From assembly GCA_028534125.1 (NCBI GenBank), contig CM052816.1:79672001-79736000 (forward strand): a stretch of DNA of 64,000 nt. Reading direction: 5' to 3'. Positions 62,393 through 64,000 of the stretch are shown piece after piece (the first letter of the stretch is position 1; each line of letters opens with the position of its first letter). The translations under genes were made by a program, and so were the position numbers. Source of the DNA: Lama glama. Lineage: Eukaryota. Under the pieces are notes generated by a model. That model saw only the letters and a list, made by a program, of their open reading frames with translations, was not told the origin of the DNA and made no database searches.

Positions 62393-64000
62393 CTTTTTTA
62401 TTGAAGTATAGTTGATCTACAATGTTGCACTGGTTTCTGGTGTACAGCAAAATGATTCAGTTATACATACATATACATACACATATTCTTTTTCAGATTC
62501 TTTTCAATTTAGGTTATTACAAGATAATGAATATAGTTCCATGTGCTATACAGTAGGACCTTGTTGCTGATTTTATATGAAGTAGTGTGTATATGTTAAT
62601 CCCAAGCTTCTAATTTATCCCTCCTCCCCTTTCCCCTGATATTGGTAACCATAAATTTGTTTTCTATGTCTGTGTGCCTGTTTCTGTTTTGTAAATACGT
62701 TCATTTGTATCATTTTTTTTAGATTTCACATGTAAGTGATATTGTATGATATTTGTCTTTCTCTCTCTGACTTACTTCACTTAGTATGATAAACTCTAGA
62801 TCCATCCAAGTTGCTGCAAATGGCATTATTTCATTCTTTTTTTATGGTTGAGTAATAAATAGATGTATCTTCTTTATCCATTCATCTGTCAACAGACACT
62901 TAGGTTGCTTCCATGTCTTGGCTGTTATAAATAGTGCTGCTATGAACACTGGGATGCACATATCTTTTCGCTTTAAAGTTTCCGTCTTTTCTGGATATTT
63001 GCCCAGGAGTGGGATTGCTGGATCATACAGTAATTCCATTTTTAGTTCTTTAAGGAACCTCCATACTGTTCTTCATAGTGGCTGTACCAATTTATATTCC
63101 CACCACTAGTATAGGAGGGTTCCCTTTTCTCCACACCCCCTCAAGCATTTATTATTTGTAGACTTTTTGATGATGGCCATTCTGACTGATGTAAGGCTAT
63201 ACCTCATTGTAGTTCTGATTTGCACTTCTCTAGTAATTAGCAGTGTTGAGCATCTTTTCATTTGCCTGTTGGCCATCTGTATGTCTTCTTTGGAGAAATT
63301 TCTATTTAGGTCTTCTGCCCTTTTCTTGATTGGACTCTTTGGTTTTTTTGATGTTGAGCTGTGTAAGCTGTTTGTATACTCTAGAAATCAGTCTCTTGTT
63401 GGTCACATCATTTGCAAATATTTTCTCCCATTCCATAGGTTGTCTTCATTTTGTTTATGGTTTCCTTTACTGTGCAAAACTTGTAAGTTAAGTAGGTTCT
63501 ATTTGTTTATTTTTGCTTTTATTCCCTTTGCCTTGGGAGACTGACCTAAGAAAACATTGCTACATCTTATGTCAGAGAATGTTTTGCCTATGTTCTCTTC
63601 TAGGAGTTTTATGGTGTCCTGGCTTATATTTAAGTCTTTAAGCCATTTTGAGTTTATTTTTGTGTATGTTGTGAAGGAGCGTTCTAACTTCATTGATTTA
63701 CATGTGGCTGTCCAGCTTTCCCAACACTGCTTGCTGAAGAGACCATCTTTTCTCCATTGTATATTCTTGCCTGCTTTGTCAAAGATTAATTGACTGTAAG
63801 TGTGTGGGTTTATTTCTGGGCTCTCTACTCTGTTCCACTGATCCATGTCTGTTTTTGTGACAATACCATGCTGTTTTGATTAATGTAGCTTTGTTGTATT
63901 GTCTGAAGTCTAAGAGGGTTGTGCCTCCAGCTTTGTTGTTTCCTCTGGATTGCTTTGGCAGTTCTGAGTCTTTTAAGTTTCTGTATAAATTTTAGGGTTA
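62393..64000 (-). mobile_element. L1 (3' UTR plus ORF2 C-terminal region), runs off the window end
   Basis: Minus-strand ORFs [23 protein letters not shown]...[11 protein letters not shown] and [11 protein letters not shown]...[15 protein letters not shown]; tail ttttttattgaagtatagttg. Confidence 0.96.

Noticed and set aside
1..64000. The many 60-170 aa ORFs in the six-frame track as genes
   Set aside because: Short, often with non-ATG starts, low-complexity or repeat-derived, with no recognisable domain apart from L1 ORF2; expected by chance in mammalian non-coding DNA
1..64000. Prokaryote-type systems (CRISPR array, operon, prophage)
   Set aside because: No repeat-spacer periodicity and no dense coding; sequence is clearly mammalian

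Overview
Mammalian nuclear DNA, most likely a camelid (Vicugna/Camelus/Lama). The taxon call is an inference from tRNA-derived SINEs with head GGGGAGGGTATAGCTCAGTGGTAGAG and young cetartiodactyl-type L1 3' UTRs. The window looks intronic or intergenic. No ORF encodes a recognisable cellular protein, and the only protein-like matches are broken L1 ORF2 pieces. Much of it is interspersed repeats (L1, L2, MIR, MaLR/ERV solo LTRs, hAT and Tc-type MITEs, SINEs); between them lie non-repetitive blocks rich in homeodomain/MEIS/GATA-type motifs that may be enhancers. I found no convincing new multi-gene system. The most interesting signals are local DNA-repair and rearrangement scars: an inverted duplication of a MIR/MLT1 junction, a quasi-palindrome correction at an LTR end, a SINE head fused to a 79-bp locally templated copy, and an antisense L1 ORF2 fragment with a 9-bp target duplication. 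Also notable are a pre-miRNA-sized CpG-rich hairpin, a strong CTCF motif and a few orphan exon candidates. Repeat subfamily names come from recall of consensus sequences, not a database search.
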